Source of the DNA: Gemmatimonadaceae bacterium
GTDB lineage: Bacteria > Gemmatimonadota > Gemmatimonadetes > Gemmatimonadales > Gemmatimonadaceae
Reading direction: 5' to 3'
Length of the DNA: 64,000 bases
NCBI GenBank assembly: GCA_035527035.1
Contig: DATLBG010000129.1
Span: 6,435 to 70,434, forward strand
The notes under the pieces: model-generated
Database searches by the model: none
Seen by the model: the letters and a program-made list of their open reading frames with translations, nothing else
Told to the model about the DNA's origin: nothing
Position numbers and translations under genes: made by a program
Shown here: piece after piece, positions 1 to 8,313 of the stretch
Layout: each line of letters opens with the position of its first letter
How positions within the stretch are numbered: the stretch's first letter is position 1

Positions 1-285
1 GAGGAAAACTTTTCCCTCCACGTGGCGCCTGGTCCATTCGCTCACGTAGGCTTCAACAGGCGCGGTGGCTGCATAAAATCGCCTGTTGGCAGCGCCTGGT
101 TTACGAGCGGGATCGTGCGCCCGGTCCAGGTCGTGGAACATGGCCTCCTCGCGTTTCCGCTCCTCCAGCTGCTCTACCCACTCGCGCCCCATGGTGGTCG
201 GCTGCGATGTCAGCCAGGACCGGAGACTCGCAATCCGATTCGCGGAGGTCGCAAGGTCAGCGGCCGCCCCGGCACCACTCGTCAT
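1..285 (-). CDS. Class I SAM-dependent methyltransferase, N-terminal part only (gene runs off the window edge)
   Basis: Manual translation of the minus strand from the ATG at 285: MTSGAGAAADLATSANRIASLRSWLTSQPTTMGREWVEQLEERKREEAMFHDLDRAHDPARKPGAANRRFYAATAPVEAYVSEWTRRHVEGKVFL. The FHD...RFY...GK-V-L layout resembles the lead-in to the GxGxG motif of polysaccharide-locus methyltransferases. ATGA overlap with the upstream GT2 stop (282-284). Not in the ORF track because it is truncated. Confidence 0.4.
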   Translation of the reverse strand, partial: MTSGAGAAADLATSANRIASLRSWLTSQPTTMGREWVEQLEERKREEAMFHDLDRAHDPARKPGAANRRFYAATAPVEAYVSEWTRRHVEGKVFL

Positions 286-2447
286 TGGCGCACCGCCGAA
301 TCCTGCACGGTCCACGCCGGATCGTCCCGGCGAACGGGCTGCCCGCCCACGAGGAGCTTGAGCACCCCTACGAGCACGCCGATCCCGTGCGTCAGGTGGT
401 ACGCGAGAAAACACGGCGGGAGGAGCAGCACGTGCGCGGGCCGCCGGTACCGGATCGCCTGCTGAACCGAAGCGACCAGAGCGAGCGCCGCGTAAACCGC
501 GAGAATCGCCGCCACGACATACGCAACCGATCGCGAGAAAAATGCGAGCGGAACTCCGAGCAACACGCCTAGCGCGAATACGGCCGTTATTGCGTGCCGG
601 GGCGTGAAGGTGTACGGCGCCAAATACCACATGTACGCGTTAAACGGAGCGTCGGCCAGGAACTGCTTCTGCAGGAATCTTCCGAGAGTGGGCTGTTGGA
701 AGTAGTCCAGCACTATTCTGGGGTCGAGCCATACCCGCCCCCCGCGAGCGCTGATGCGGCGGTTGAACTCGTAATCCTGGCCGCGCCAAAGTCGCTCGTC
801 GAAAAGCCCGAATCGCTCGAACGTCTCGCGTCGGAAGAAGCCGTAAGGAACGGTGTCCGCGGGTCCTTCCTTGGCCGTGGTTCTGAAGGAGATGCCTACG
901 CCGAACCAATGCGTGGTCAGAGCCTGCACGAGCGACGCCTCGTAGCCGGTTCCACGCGCACGCGTGAGGAACAGACCCCCCACGTTGTCGGCACCGGTGC
1001 GGAGCGACGTCTCGACGCATTTGGTCAGATAGTCGGCGGGATACGTGGAATGAGCATCGAGACGCAGCACGTATTCGCCGGTCGAGGCAGCGAGCGCGAG
1101 GTTCAATCCGGTCGACTGCGTGCGCTTTGGATTGTGCAGCAGGCGGAACCGGTTGTCATTGGCCGCAACGGCCGCAACGAGATCGCGCGTGCCGTCAGTG
1201 GAGCCCCCGTCGATCACGAGCACTTCGATGTCCCAATTCGGCGGCAGCAAGAACGATTTCACGGAGTCGAGGCAGGGAATGATGAAGTCTCGCTCCTGAT
1301 AGCAGGGGACAATCACGGAGACGAGAGAGCGCGCCGCTCCAATCAGCGCGGCGCGCGGCGCGGTTACCCGCCACCTCGCATCGGTTCTTCTGACGGGCTG
1401 AATCCCCAGCGCGATGCGCGCCAGACCGCCCAGCACGCCGACGCCATGTGTCAGGTGATAGGCCAGAAACGACAGCGGGAGCAGGAGCACGTGCGCCGGC
1501 CGGCGGTAGCGCACGGCCTGCTGCACCGAGGCCGACACCGCCAGAACCAGGTAGATCGCGAGAATTCCGCCCACGATCACAGCCAACGGTCGCGAGAGAA
1601 ACGCCAGCGGTATTCCCAGCAGGACACCCAGGGCAAACACGGCCGTCACCGCGTGCCGCGGAGTGAAAGTGTACGGCGCCAGATACCACATGTAGGCGTT
1701 GTACGGCGCGTCCTCCCGGAACTGCTTCCGGAGGAATCGCTTCAACGTCGGCTGCTGGTAATAATCCAGCTCTATCCGCGGATCGAGCCACACGTGGCCG
1801 CCACCCGCCGTGATGCGGCGGTTGAACTCATAATCCTGGCCACGCCACAAGCGCTCGTCGAACAGGCCGAATTTTCTGAAGGTTTCGCGCCTGAAAAAGC
1901 CGTACGGCACCGTATCCGCGGGACCTTCCTTCGCACCCGTGCGGAACGAGCTGCCGACGCCGAACCAGTGAGTCGTCAGCGCCTGCACCAGCGCGGCCTG
2001 ATACCCGCTGCCGCGCGCGCGCGTGACGACGAGGCCGCCCACGTTCTCCGCACTGGTCCGCAGCGAGGTCTCGACACACTTCTTCAGGTAATCGGTCGGA
2101 TACGTGGAGTGCGCATCAAGCCGGAGGACGTAGTCTCCATGCGAGTCGGCCAGCGCGAGGTTCAGCGCGGTGGACTGCGTCCGCCTGGGATTGTGCAGTA
2201 ATCGGAAGCGGGGATCCGACGCTGCGACCGTGCTCACGAGATCGCGCGTGCCGTCCGTCGAGCCGCCGTCAATCACCATCACCTCGATGTCCCAACCGGC
2301 CGGAAGCTCGAAGCGTCTGACGGACTCGAGACAGGAGATGATAAAATCCCTTTCCTGATAGCACGGAATGAGCACGGAGACGAGGGATGCCGTCCCGCCG
2401 GGGCCAGCCTCCGTGTGCGTCGCCTGCGTCAAGGGAACAGCGGTCAT
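282..2447 (-). CDS. Tandem-fused double family-2 glycosyltransferase (two complete ExoA-like GT2 plus C-terminal TM units in one ORF)
   Basis: The 735-aa ORF has two near-identical units, SLVSVLIPCYQERDFI...VIDGGSTDGT...RLDAHSTYP and SLVSVIVPCYQERDFI...VIDGGSTDGT...RLDAHSTYP. Each unit is followed by hydrophobic helices. The repeat period is 353 aa (1059 nt). Start trimmed to Met15 (2447), which gives an ATGA overlap with the upstream stop at 2444. Confidence 0.85.
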   Translation of the reverse strand: MTAVPLTQATHTEAGPGGTASLVSVLIPCYQERDFIISCLESVRRFELPAGWDIEVMVIDGGSTDGTRDLVSTVAASDPRFRLLHNPRRTQSTALNLALADSHGDYVLRLDAHSTYPTDYLKKCVETSLRTSAENVGGLVVTRARGSGYQAALVQALTTHWFGVGSSFRTGAKEGPADTVPYGFFRRETFRKFGLFDERLWRGQDYEFNRRITAGGGHVWLDPRIELDYYQQPTLKRFLRKQFREDAPYNAYMWYLAPYTFTPRHAVTAVFALGVLLGIPLAFLSRPLAVIVGGILAIYLVLAVSASVQQAVRYRRPAHVLLLPLSFLAYHLTHGVGVLGGLARIALGIQPVRRTDARWRVTAPRAALIGAARSLVSVIVPCYQERDFIIPCLDSVKSFLLPPNWDIEVLVIDGGSTDGTRDLVAAVAANDNRFRLLHNPKRTQSTGLNLALAASTGEYVLRLDAHSTYPADYLTKCVETSLRTGADNVGGLFLTRARGTGYEASLVQALTTHWFGVGISFRTTAKEGPADTVPYGFFRRETFERFGLFDERLWRGQDYEFNRRISARGGRVWLDPRIVLDYFQQPTLGRFLQKQFLADAPFNAYMWYLAPYTFTPRHAITAVFALGVLLGVPLAFFSRSVAYVVAAILAVYAALALVASVQQAIRYRRPAHVLLLPPCFLAYHLTHGIGVLVGVLKLLVGGQPVRRDDPAWTVQDSAVRQ

Positions 2448-3556
2448 CTCACGGCGACCCTCCGGTACGTCGAGGCGAGCGCATCCCACCTGCGGCGCTC
2501 CGACGGGTACGCCGAATGCGGCTTCTCCGGCCTGGCGATGTAGCGATCCAGATCATCGCTCGTCCAGCCCATTTTCTTGGTGAAGTATTTCTTGTCTTCG
2601 ACGAGCGCCTCAGCCGACGGATAGGCAATTCCCTCGGCGAGCCGCAGCGCCTCGTCTCGCGTCATCTGCCCTGACGCGACCAGCGCGCTCAGGTGAACGC
2701 GGCGTTTGTCCACTCCGAACTTCGTCGGCAGAATGAAACCCTGGTAGAAGCGCGTAAATACCGACTCGTAGTGCTTGTAGGGATACCGCTTGTAACCGTA
2801 GTCGCGCTCAAGTACGTCCAGCGCTTCGTTCTTGTTGTAGTCGAGCAGGTCGAGGAAGGAAATCCATCTGATACGCCGGACGGCCCGGTACCAAAGGTAG
2901 GCGAGTGTGCTGATCGCGGGAAAAGTCCGCAGTCGGACTCCGCCTCCCTTCCCGATCGCTTCGATGTTACGCCTGTCGAACTTCAGCCAGGTCCAGCCCG
3001 GAGGAAAGCGTATGCCCTCTGTCGCCGTATTCGATCCGGCGAGGATGTGGCGCAGGCCGCGCCTCGCGGCCTCGCGGTAATTCACCGCCAGCATGGCGTT
3101 GTCGTACAGGATCTCTACATCAATGACGTCAGCGTCGAAAAATGCCTGCATCAGCTGCCGGTACTCTTCCCAGTCGATGACGTGCGTGTGCAGGTCCACG
3201 CGAAGCCCTCGAATCAGATTGGCGATGTTGTTCTGTGCGAGCTCGGAGTTCCAGCCGTTGTCCATGTGCACGGCCAGCGGGCGGATCCCCAGCTCCACCG
3301 CCTTGGCGAGGGCCCACGAGCTGTCGATTCCGCCCGACACGCCCATGATGCAGTCATACGGCTTCCCCCGGCCCGCGGCCTTCACTTCCGCGACGAAAGC
3401 CTCGAGCCTGAGCTGCCGCTCTGCCGGATCAGTGACGTCGTGGCGCGCCGAGCTCCGCAGCACCTCCGAGCAGTAATTGCAGTTGCCGTCGCCATCGAAG
3501 GCGATGTCGGAAGCCGTCGTGTCCATGATGCAGCGACGGCAGATTCTGTAGCTCAC
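2444..3556 (-). CDS. N-acetyl sugar amidotransferase (WbuX/WbpG/PseA-type, PP-loop ATPase)
   Basis: N-terminal Cys cluster RICRRCIMDTT...DGDGNCNYC, then PP-loop-like CIMGVSGGIDSSW. Sits directly downstream of the HisH/HisF-like pair, as in acetamidino-sugar loci. Confidence 0.8.
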   Translation of the reverse strand: MSYRICRRCIMDTTASDIAFDGDGNCNYCSEVLRSSARHDVTDPAERQLRLEAFVAEVKAAGRGKPYDCIMGVSGGIDSSWALAKAVELGIRPLAVHMDNGWNSELAQNNIANLIRGLRVDLHTHVIDWEEYRQLMQAFFDADVIDVEILYDNAMLAVNYREAARRGLRHILAGSNTATEGIRFPPGWTWLKFDRRNIEAIGKGGGVRLRTFPAISTLAYLWYRAVRRIRWISFLDLLDYNKNEALDVLERDYGYKRYPYKHYESVFTRFYQGFILPTKFGVDKRRVHLSALVASGQMTRDEALRLAEGIAYPSAEALVEDKKYFTKKMGWTSDDLDRYIARPEKPHSAYPSERRRWDALASTYRRVAVR

Positions 3557-4329
3557 TGACGACCCTCTTGCGTGGCGAAGATCTGCTGCAATTCAGTCGG
3601 ATCCGGATAGGTCACGAGCACCGCGCGATGCGGGCCGTGCAGAACGAAGAAGGCGCCGGCCGCGACAGCGCTCGCTCCGGCGTCCACCGCAGCCCTTACA
3701 TCCGCCAGGCTGCCGACTCCCCCGACCGCCACCAACGGAACGGCGATCGCGTGGCTCGCCTCGCGAATCAGTTCGAGGTCGGGGCCCTCCATGGTTCCGT
3801 CGCGGTCCACGGCGTTCAGCAGTATCTCGCCGGCGCCGGCCGCTACCAGCCGCCGCACGTGGTCGAGCCAGGGACCAGGGAGGATCTTTCGCGACGCCGC
3901 GGCATAGAGCTGCATCCGGCCGAACAGCTTCCGCTTCACGTCCACGGAAGCCAGAACCGCCTGCTCGCCGAACTGCTCGGCGATTTTCGTGACCAGGGAA
4001 ACGTCATTCAGGACGGCGGTCTGGAGACACACCTTCTCGACGCCGAGCGCGAACAGCTGCCGGGCCTGCTCGACCGTCCGGATGCCTCCCCCGTAGCACA
4101 GCGGCATGAAGCACTCGCCCGCGAACTGCTCGATCAAGTCGAACTGCGGCCCGCGGCCCTCCACGGACGCCGATATGTCGAGAACCATCAGCTCGTCCGC
4201 CTCCTTCTCGTTGAATATCCGGATGGCGTTGATGGGATCGCCGACGTATTGCGGGGCGGCGAATTTTCGTGTCTTGACCAGGCCCCGCCCACGAAGCAGA
4301 AGACATGGAATGACCCGATGCTTCAGCAT
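3553..4329 (-). CDS. Imidazole glycerol phosphate synthase cyclase subunit homolog (HisF-like, WbuZ-type)
   Basis: MLKHRVIPCLLLRGRGLVKTRKF...VLDISAS...GGGIRT...AVGGVGS, a typical HisF (beta/alpha)8 signature. Lies in a polysaccharide locus, not a his operon. Confidence 0.85.
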   Translation of the reverse strand: MLKHRVIPCLLLRGRGLVKTRKFAAPQYVGDPINAIRIFNEKEADELMVLDISASVEGRGPQFDLIEQFAGECFMPLCYGGGIRTVEQARQLFALGVEKVCLQTAVLNDVSLVTKIAEQFGEQAVLASVDVKRKLFGRMQLYAAASRKILPGPWLDHVRRLVAAGAGEILLNAVDRDGTMEGPDLELIREASHAIAVPLVAVGGVGSLADVRAAVDAGASAVAAGAFFVLHGPHRAVLVTYPDPTELQQIFATQEGRQ

Positions 4330-4943
4330 TCGAGGGCGACAAAGCTCCTCATCACCGACATTCCGAACCGATGGCTTTTCTCGGGATGGAACTGCACACC
4401 ATGGATGTTCCCGCGGCTGAACGCGGCATCGAACGTTTGGCCATGGCGCGCTGTAGCCACGACATCGGAACGGTCACCGCATTCCACGAAATACGAATGC
4501 ACGAAATAAAAGCGTTGCTCGCCGTCGGGGATGAGTCCGCCGGGCTTCGTCACCGTGACCGTATTCCATCCCATGTGCGGAACCTTGATCGCCGGCACCG
4601 GCGGGACAAAGCGCTTCACCTTGCCGCCGATCCAACCCAGGCCCGCGCAGGACCCTTCCTCGCTCTCCTCGCACATGAGCTGCATCCCGAGACAGATGCC
4701 CAGGATCGGCTTCCGGCGGTGAACCACCGCCTCCCGCAAAGCGTCCGCCCACCCGCGTGACGTGAGGCTGCTCATACCCCTGTCGAACGCGCCGACTCCG
4801 GCCAGCACGATCTTGTCGGCCGTCGCGATCTCCGACGGCTCGTCCACGAGGCGCGCTGCTCCCCCGACCTTCTCGACCATTCGTATCACCGAAGCGAAGT
4901 TGCCGATCCCAAGGTTCGGAATTGCGATGGAGAGATTCGTCAC
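4323..4943 (-). CDS. Glutamine amidotransferase, HisH-like (WbuY-type)
   Basis: GNFASV...LAGVGAF...GICLGMQL...HSY...GVQFHPEKS, a class I GATase triad pattern. Start set to the GTG at 4943, giving a GTGA overlap with the GT4 stop. The longer ORF start at 5021 would overlap GT4 by about 80 nt. Confidence 0.8.
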   Translation of the reverse strand: MTNLSIAIPNLGIGNFASVIRMVEKVGGAARLVDEPSEIATADKIVLAGVGAFDRGMSSLTSRGWADALREAVVHRRKPILGICLGMQLMCEESEEGSCAGLGWIGGKVKRFVPPVPAIKVPHMGWNTVTVTKPGGLIPDGEQRFYFVHSYFVECGDRSDVVATARHGQTFDAAFSRGNIHGVQFHPEKSHRFGMSVMRSFVALEC

Positions 4944-6259
4944 GCAGCGGTCCTCGTCTTCTGGGTTATCATCTCCGCGAAAGCCGAGTAGTTGGCCGTT
5001 GCGCTGTACTCCCGTTCCCACTTCGCCCTGCTTCCGGCGCGAAGCCGGTCCAATCGCGCCCGGTCGTCCAGCAGCGACCCGACGACCGCCGAGAACTCCA
5101 CCGGGTCAGGATTCGCTGTGAGCAGCACGCCGTTCTCCGGTCCAATTATCTCCGGGTTTCCTCCGACGGCAGTAGCGATGACGGGTATCCCGGCGCTAAT
5201 GGCCTCCATCACGGCCACCGGCGTTCCCTCGCTCGCGCTGGTGTTGACGAACACATCCACGGGCTGGGCGTGATAGTACGCGAACAACCCATCCCTTCCC
5301 GGATACGGCAGGAAGCGCCATCTGATGTTGGCAGGAAGAACTGCTCGAGCCAAATCCTCCAGCGGCTCTTTCGGCCCGTCACCGATATGGGTCCAGTCGA
5401 ACGTGACGTCTGCCCTCTCACGCCCCAACCGCTCGAGGCAGCGGATGAGCAAGTCGAGTCTCTTGACCGGCACGATGAACGAGCAGCTGACGACTCGGAA
5501 AACACCGTCGGATGACGGCACACTCTGGTGCGGAGCGGCGTCGACGCCAAGTAAGGAAACCTCGATCTTGTCGCGATACGCCGGATATCGGTGGACTACG
5601 TGGCGAGCTCCGGCGTGCGACGCGGAGAACATCCCCGAGATCTGGTCGAGCGCCCGATCGCGGAACGGGATGTAGGGGGGATCGTGCCGCCCCTCGTATA
5701 GATCCACTCCGTGAGCTCTCGTTATTACGGGGACGCCGGCCTTCAGCCGGTAAGACGAGAGACCCAGAGTCGTCGCGTCGAACCACCACGTGTAACACAG
5801 CCACCGGCCAAGCTGATCGGCGTGGTCCCGCGCGAAAGAGCGGATCCAACGCTCGGTTAGCCGCGCGTGCACGTTGTATCGCGCGGCTCTGGCCAGGGCC
5901 GCGGGGTGCCGGAAGAACATCTCACGATGCGCCACGATCTCGCGCCACAGGCGCAGGTCGAAAAGAGTCAACGGTGCCCATAACGCGCGACGGACGCGCG
6001 ACTGGACAAACCGCGAGTATCCGGTGTTGACCGCGATGCCGGGCGTGCGCACATCGTCGAGGTCGCCTTTCGCCAATTGCGGAATGAGGAATATCTTTCC
6101 GAAATAACGCGCGAGGACTTTCAGCTCCTGCTCGAGAAACGTCCTTTCGCCCGTCGCCGAGTACGGGTACGACCCGGTAAAGATCAAAAGCGTGTCCACA
6201 CGCTCGAGCGCCCCACCCGCCTGACGCGGGCGCTCAGTTCTGGTCGAGCGGACGATCAC
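4940..6259 (-). CDS. Glycosyltransferase family 4 (GT-B, GT1-type)
   Basis: C-terminal GT-B motif FVNTSASEGTPVAVMEAISAGIPVIATAVGGNPEII. The start is uncertain: 6259, or the GTG near 6199. Confidence 0.75.
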   Translation of the reverse strand: MIVRSTRTERPRQAGGALERVDTLLIFTGSYPYSATGERTFLEQELKVLARYFGKIFLIPQLAKGDLDDVRTPGIAVNTGYSRFVQSRVRRALWAPLTLFDLRLWREIVAHREMFFRHPAALARAARYNVHARLTERWIRSFARDHADQLGRWLCYTWWFDATTLGLSSYRLKAGVPVITRAHGVDLYEGRHDPPYIPFRDRALDQISGMFSASHAGARHVVHRYPAYRDKIEVSLLGVDAAPHQSVPSSDGVFRVVSCSFIVPVKRLDLLIRCLERLGRERADVTFDWTHIGDGPKEPLEDLARAVLPANIRWRFLPYPGRDGLFAYYHAQPVDVFVNTSASEGTPVAVMEAISAGIPVIATAVGGNPEIIGPENGVLLTANPDPVEFSAVVGSLLDDRARLDRLRAGSRAKWEREYSATANYSAFAEMITQKTRTAA

Positions 6260-6267
6260 AGAGAGAC

Positions 6268-7140
6268 ATGGTGAAACGCCTGGTTAAGTCGGTGCTGATG
6301 TGGCCCGTACGCCTGCTTCGGCGACGCCGGGCAAGAACAACGCTCGCAACGCTCGGCGCGGCCAACTCCGCCGCTCTGCGTGCCGTTGCCGCCGCGATCC
6401 GCGAGGCGCTGGACGGCACCGCGTCTCCCGAGGAGCGCGCCTCGATCGATCGCATAGAGGAGCGTCGGCGCGAGCTGCTCGAGTCGGGCGCGACGATTCC
6501 CGTTATCGATTACGGTGCCGGGAGCGACCCGCGGGTGAAGCGCACCGCCGAGCAGATGCGCGCCGGCGTGGCCACGTCGGCAGCGGTGCGCACCCTCGCA
6601 AGGGCGAGCAAGAGTCCCGCGTCGGCGTTTCTGATCTTCAAGCTGGTCCGGCACCTCGCGCCCAGCTCCTGCATAGAGCTCGGCTCCTGCGTCGGAATTT
6701 CGGCGTCGTATCAGGCAGCGGCGCTGACCTTCAACGGCGGCGGCACTATAAGAACGCTGGAAGGCGCCCCGGCAATCGCGTCGATAGCGCGCGAGACGCT
6801 CGCGCGTATGGCCGTTGCCAACGCATCCGTCGTGGAAGGCCCCTTTCATGAGACGCTCAGTGCAGCTCTGCAAGCCGGCGCGCCCGTCGATTTTCTGTTC
6901 AACGACGGTCACCACAGCGGCGATGCCATGCTGTGTTACTTTCGCGAGTCGCTGGCCTACCTCGCGCCGGAAGCAGTGCTGTTGTTCGACGACATCAACT
7001 GGTCGCTCGATACTCAGACCGCTTGGCGGGAGATCGCACGCCACGACCGCGTAGCGGCCAGCATCGATCTGGGGGAGATGGGGCTGTTGATCGTGTCCAG
7101 CAGATCGACCCTTCGACAGGAGCTGCGCGTCCCGCTCTAA
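6268..7140 (+). CDS. Class I SAM-dependent methyltransferase (O-methyltransferase/Methyltransf_24-like)
   Basis: CIELGSCVGISASY...IRTLEG...DFLFNDGHHSGDAM...LLFDDINW. It is the only plus-strand gene inside the minus-strand sugar operon. Confidence 0.65.
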   Translation: MVKRLVKSVLMWPVRLLRRRRARTTLATLGAANSAALRAVAAAIREALDGTASPEERASIDRIEERRRELLESGATIPVIDYGAGSDPRVKRTAEQMRAGVATSAAVRTLARASKSPASAFLIFKLVRHLAPSSCIELGSCVGISASYQAAALTFNGGGTIRTLEGAPAIASIARETLARMAVANASVVEGPFHETLSAALQAGAPVDFLFNDGHHSGDAMLCYFRESLAYLAPEAVLLFDDINWSLDTQTAWREIARHDRVAASIDLGEMGLLIVSSRSTLRQELRVPL

Positions 7141-7155
7141 GCGAATGCCGGCGTG

Positions 7156-7704
7156 CTAGGCGGCAGCTTTCACGAGCACATCACCGATCGTGAACCCTAC
7201 TCCGCGCCCGATCTCGGCGACCCAAATGACAAGCTGTCTGCTGTTGCGCCGCTCCCGCACCACTCCGCGCATTCCAGCGAGAGCGCCCTCCTGCACAATA
7301 ACTTCGTCGCCGGGGTTGAAGTCCGCCGTATTATCCAAGGCCTCCGGCGAGGACCCCTTGTGCTCGATCGCGTTGCGCAGCGCCGTGATGAACGAATCGG
7401 ACAGAAGCGCCGGCCGCTCCCCCTGCTTCACCACGGTCAGCACGCCAGGCGTCCTCAGCACTTTGTGCCACGGAACGGAGCTGGCCTTCGCAAACAGGTA
7501 GCCGGGAAACAACGGGCAGACGACGTCGCGCCACCGGTCGCTCCAGCGGTGCCTCTCGGTGACGGTAGGCAGCCATGGAGACAGCCCCAGCGCGGCGAGG
7601 CGCGCGGCGACCTTCTTCTCGGCACGCGACTCTGTCCAGATCACGAACCACGGATCGGGGTCAATCACTGGCACGGTTGTCTGGTAAGTCATAGGCACCC
7701 GCAT
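7156..7704 (-). CDS. NusG-family transcription antiterminator paralog (UpxY/RfaH/LoaP-like)
   Basis: NGN-like N-terminus WFVIWTESRAEKKVAARLAALGLSPWLPT...LFPGYLFAK and a KOW-like GDEVIVQEGALAGMRGVV. Lies next to the polysaccharide genes. Confidence 0.8.
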   Translation of the reverse strand: MRVPMTYQTTVPVIDPDPWFVIWTESRAEKKVAARLAALGLSPWLPTVTERHRWSDRWRDVVCPLFPGYLFAKASSVPWHKVLRTPGVLTVVKQGERPALLSDSFITALRNAIEHKGSSPEALDNTADFNPGDEVIVQEGALAGMRGVVRERRNSRQLVIWVAEIGRGVGFTIGDVLVKAAA

Positions 7705-7796
7705 GCACGGTCAGTCACAGGCGCGTGAAAAGCCGAGGAAGAATTCTTTCATTATCCGACCCCCCATTCCGATACCTGGCCCGCGACCCGCTGCGA

Positions 7797-8147
7797 TTAC
7801 GCCCCGATGCCCGCGGATACTCCCGACTCGGCTTCCTGCTGCAAGCGGTTTATCTCCTGACGCAGCTCCTCGTATTCCTCGCGTTTCCGCTGGAGGAACT
7901 GGCGGGTGAGCGTTGCCTTGGCGGCGACGCCCTGCGGCGTGAGCAGATAAGTGTAGCTCGCCTTGTTGGCGTTGTTGCTGAAGTTGCGGACCTTTAGGTA
8001 CCCCTTGGCGAGTAACGCGCGTACGCAATAGTTCGTCTTGCCAAGGCTGATGCCCATCTCCCGCGCCATCTCCCGCTGGCTCAGCCGGGGATTGCTCTCG
8101 AGCAGCCTAAGCACGTTGAGGAGCGAACTGTCAGCGACTGGCGGCAA
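7797..8147 (-). CDS. MarR-family, EPS-associated transcriptional regulator
   Basis: LLNVLRLLESNPRLSQREMAREMGISLGKTNYCVRALLAKGYLKVRNF...YLLTPQGV, a winged-helix pattern of the short EPS-locus MarR class. Confidence 0.8.
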   Translation of the reverse strand: MPPVADSSLLNVLRLLESNPRLSQREMAREMGISLGKTNYCVRALLAKGYLKVRNFSNNANKASYTYLLTPQGVAAKATLTRQFLQRKREEYEELRQEINRLQQEAESGVSAGIGA

Positions 8148-8170
8148 TGTGGTGACCCGAAAATAGTTCC

Positions 8171-8185
8171 GTTCAACGCTTGAAC
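8171..8185. promoter_or_regulatory. Perfect palindrome GTTCAAcgcTTGAAC in the divergent marR/capD spacer (candidate operator)
   Basis: Seen directly. It lies 24 nt upstream of the MarR start codon in the 166-bp, relatively AT-rich divergent intergenic region. Confidence 0.3.
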
Positions 8186-8313
8186 ATGCGCGACCTCGGG
8201 CGCCCTGTCAATGGCGAAAATGGCGCCGCCGAGCTACTAAATAGGCGGAGGGAACCACGGAGTGTTAGTTTTGTACGGGTTCGTAACATCCTTCAATAGC
8301 AATACTTAGTCGC

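Noticed and set aside
594-2201. A 535-aa plus-strand ORF antisense to the GT2 fusion. Similar very long antisense or alternate-frame ORFs occur at 16943-18172, 19389-20813, 20722-22053, 22846-23973, 28691-30097, 31865-33115, 46131-48341, 48125-49471 and 60720-62234.
   Set aside because: Each lies opposite or out of frame to a gene with unmistakable conserved motifs (GT2, RarA, CCA, AlaS, FtsK, AccC, HutU, HutH, TsaB/TsaE). Their translations are Arg/Ala/Gly/Pro-rich with no motifs. That is the usual stop-codon-poor artefact of high-GC DNA.
5749-5760. TAAGAC and GTCTTA hexamers elsewhere (for example 5751, 38376, 43931 and 58355) as additional repeat copies.
   Set aside because: There is no CTAC/GTAG partner at the right distance and no complementary flanks, so these are chance occurrences.
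7711-7752. A 13-codon upstream ORF (MKEFFLGFSRACD) just before the NusG-like gene, as a possible leader peptide.
   Set aside because: It has no obvious Shine-Dalgarno, no attenuator-type alternative hairpins around it, and it forms the tail of a longer spurious ORF. This is insufficient to call.
8294-8300. Single CAATAGC unit just upstream of the capD-like start, and single GTGACTA at 33273-33279, as further members of the heptamer-repeat class.
   Set aside because: Single 7-mers are expected by chance in 64 kb. Only the tandem arrays are reported as features.
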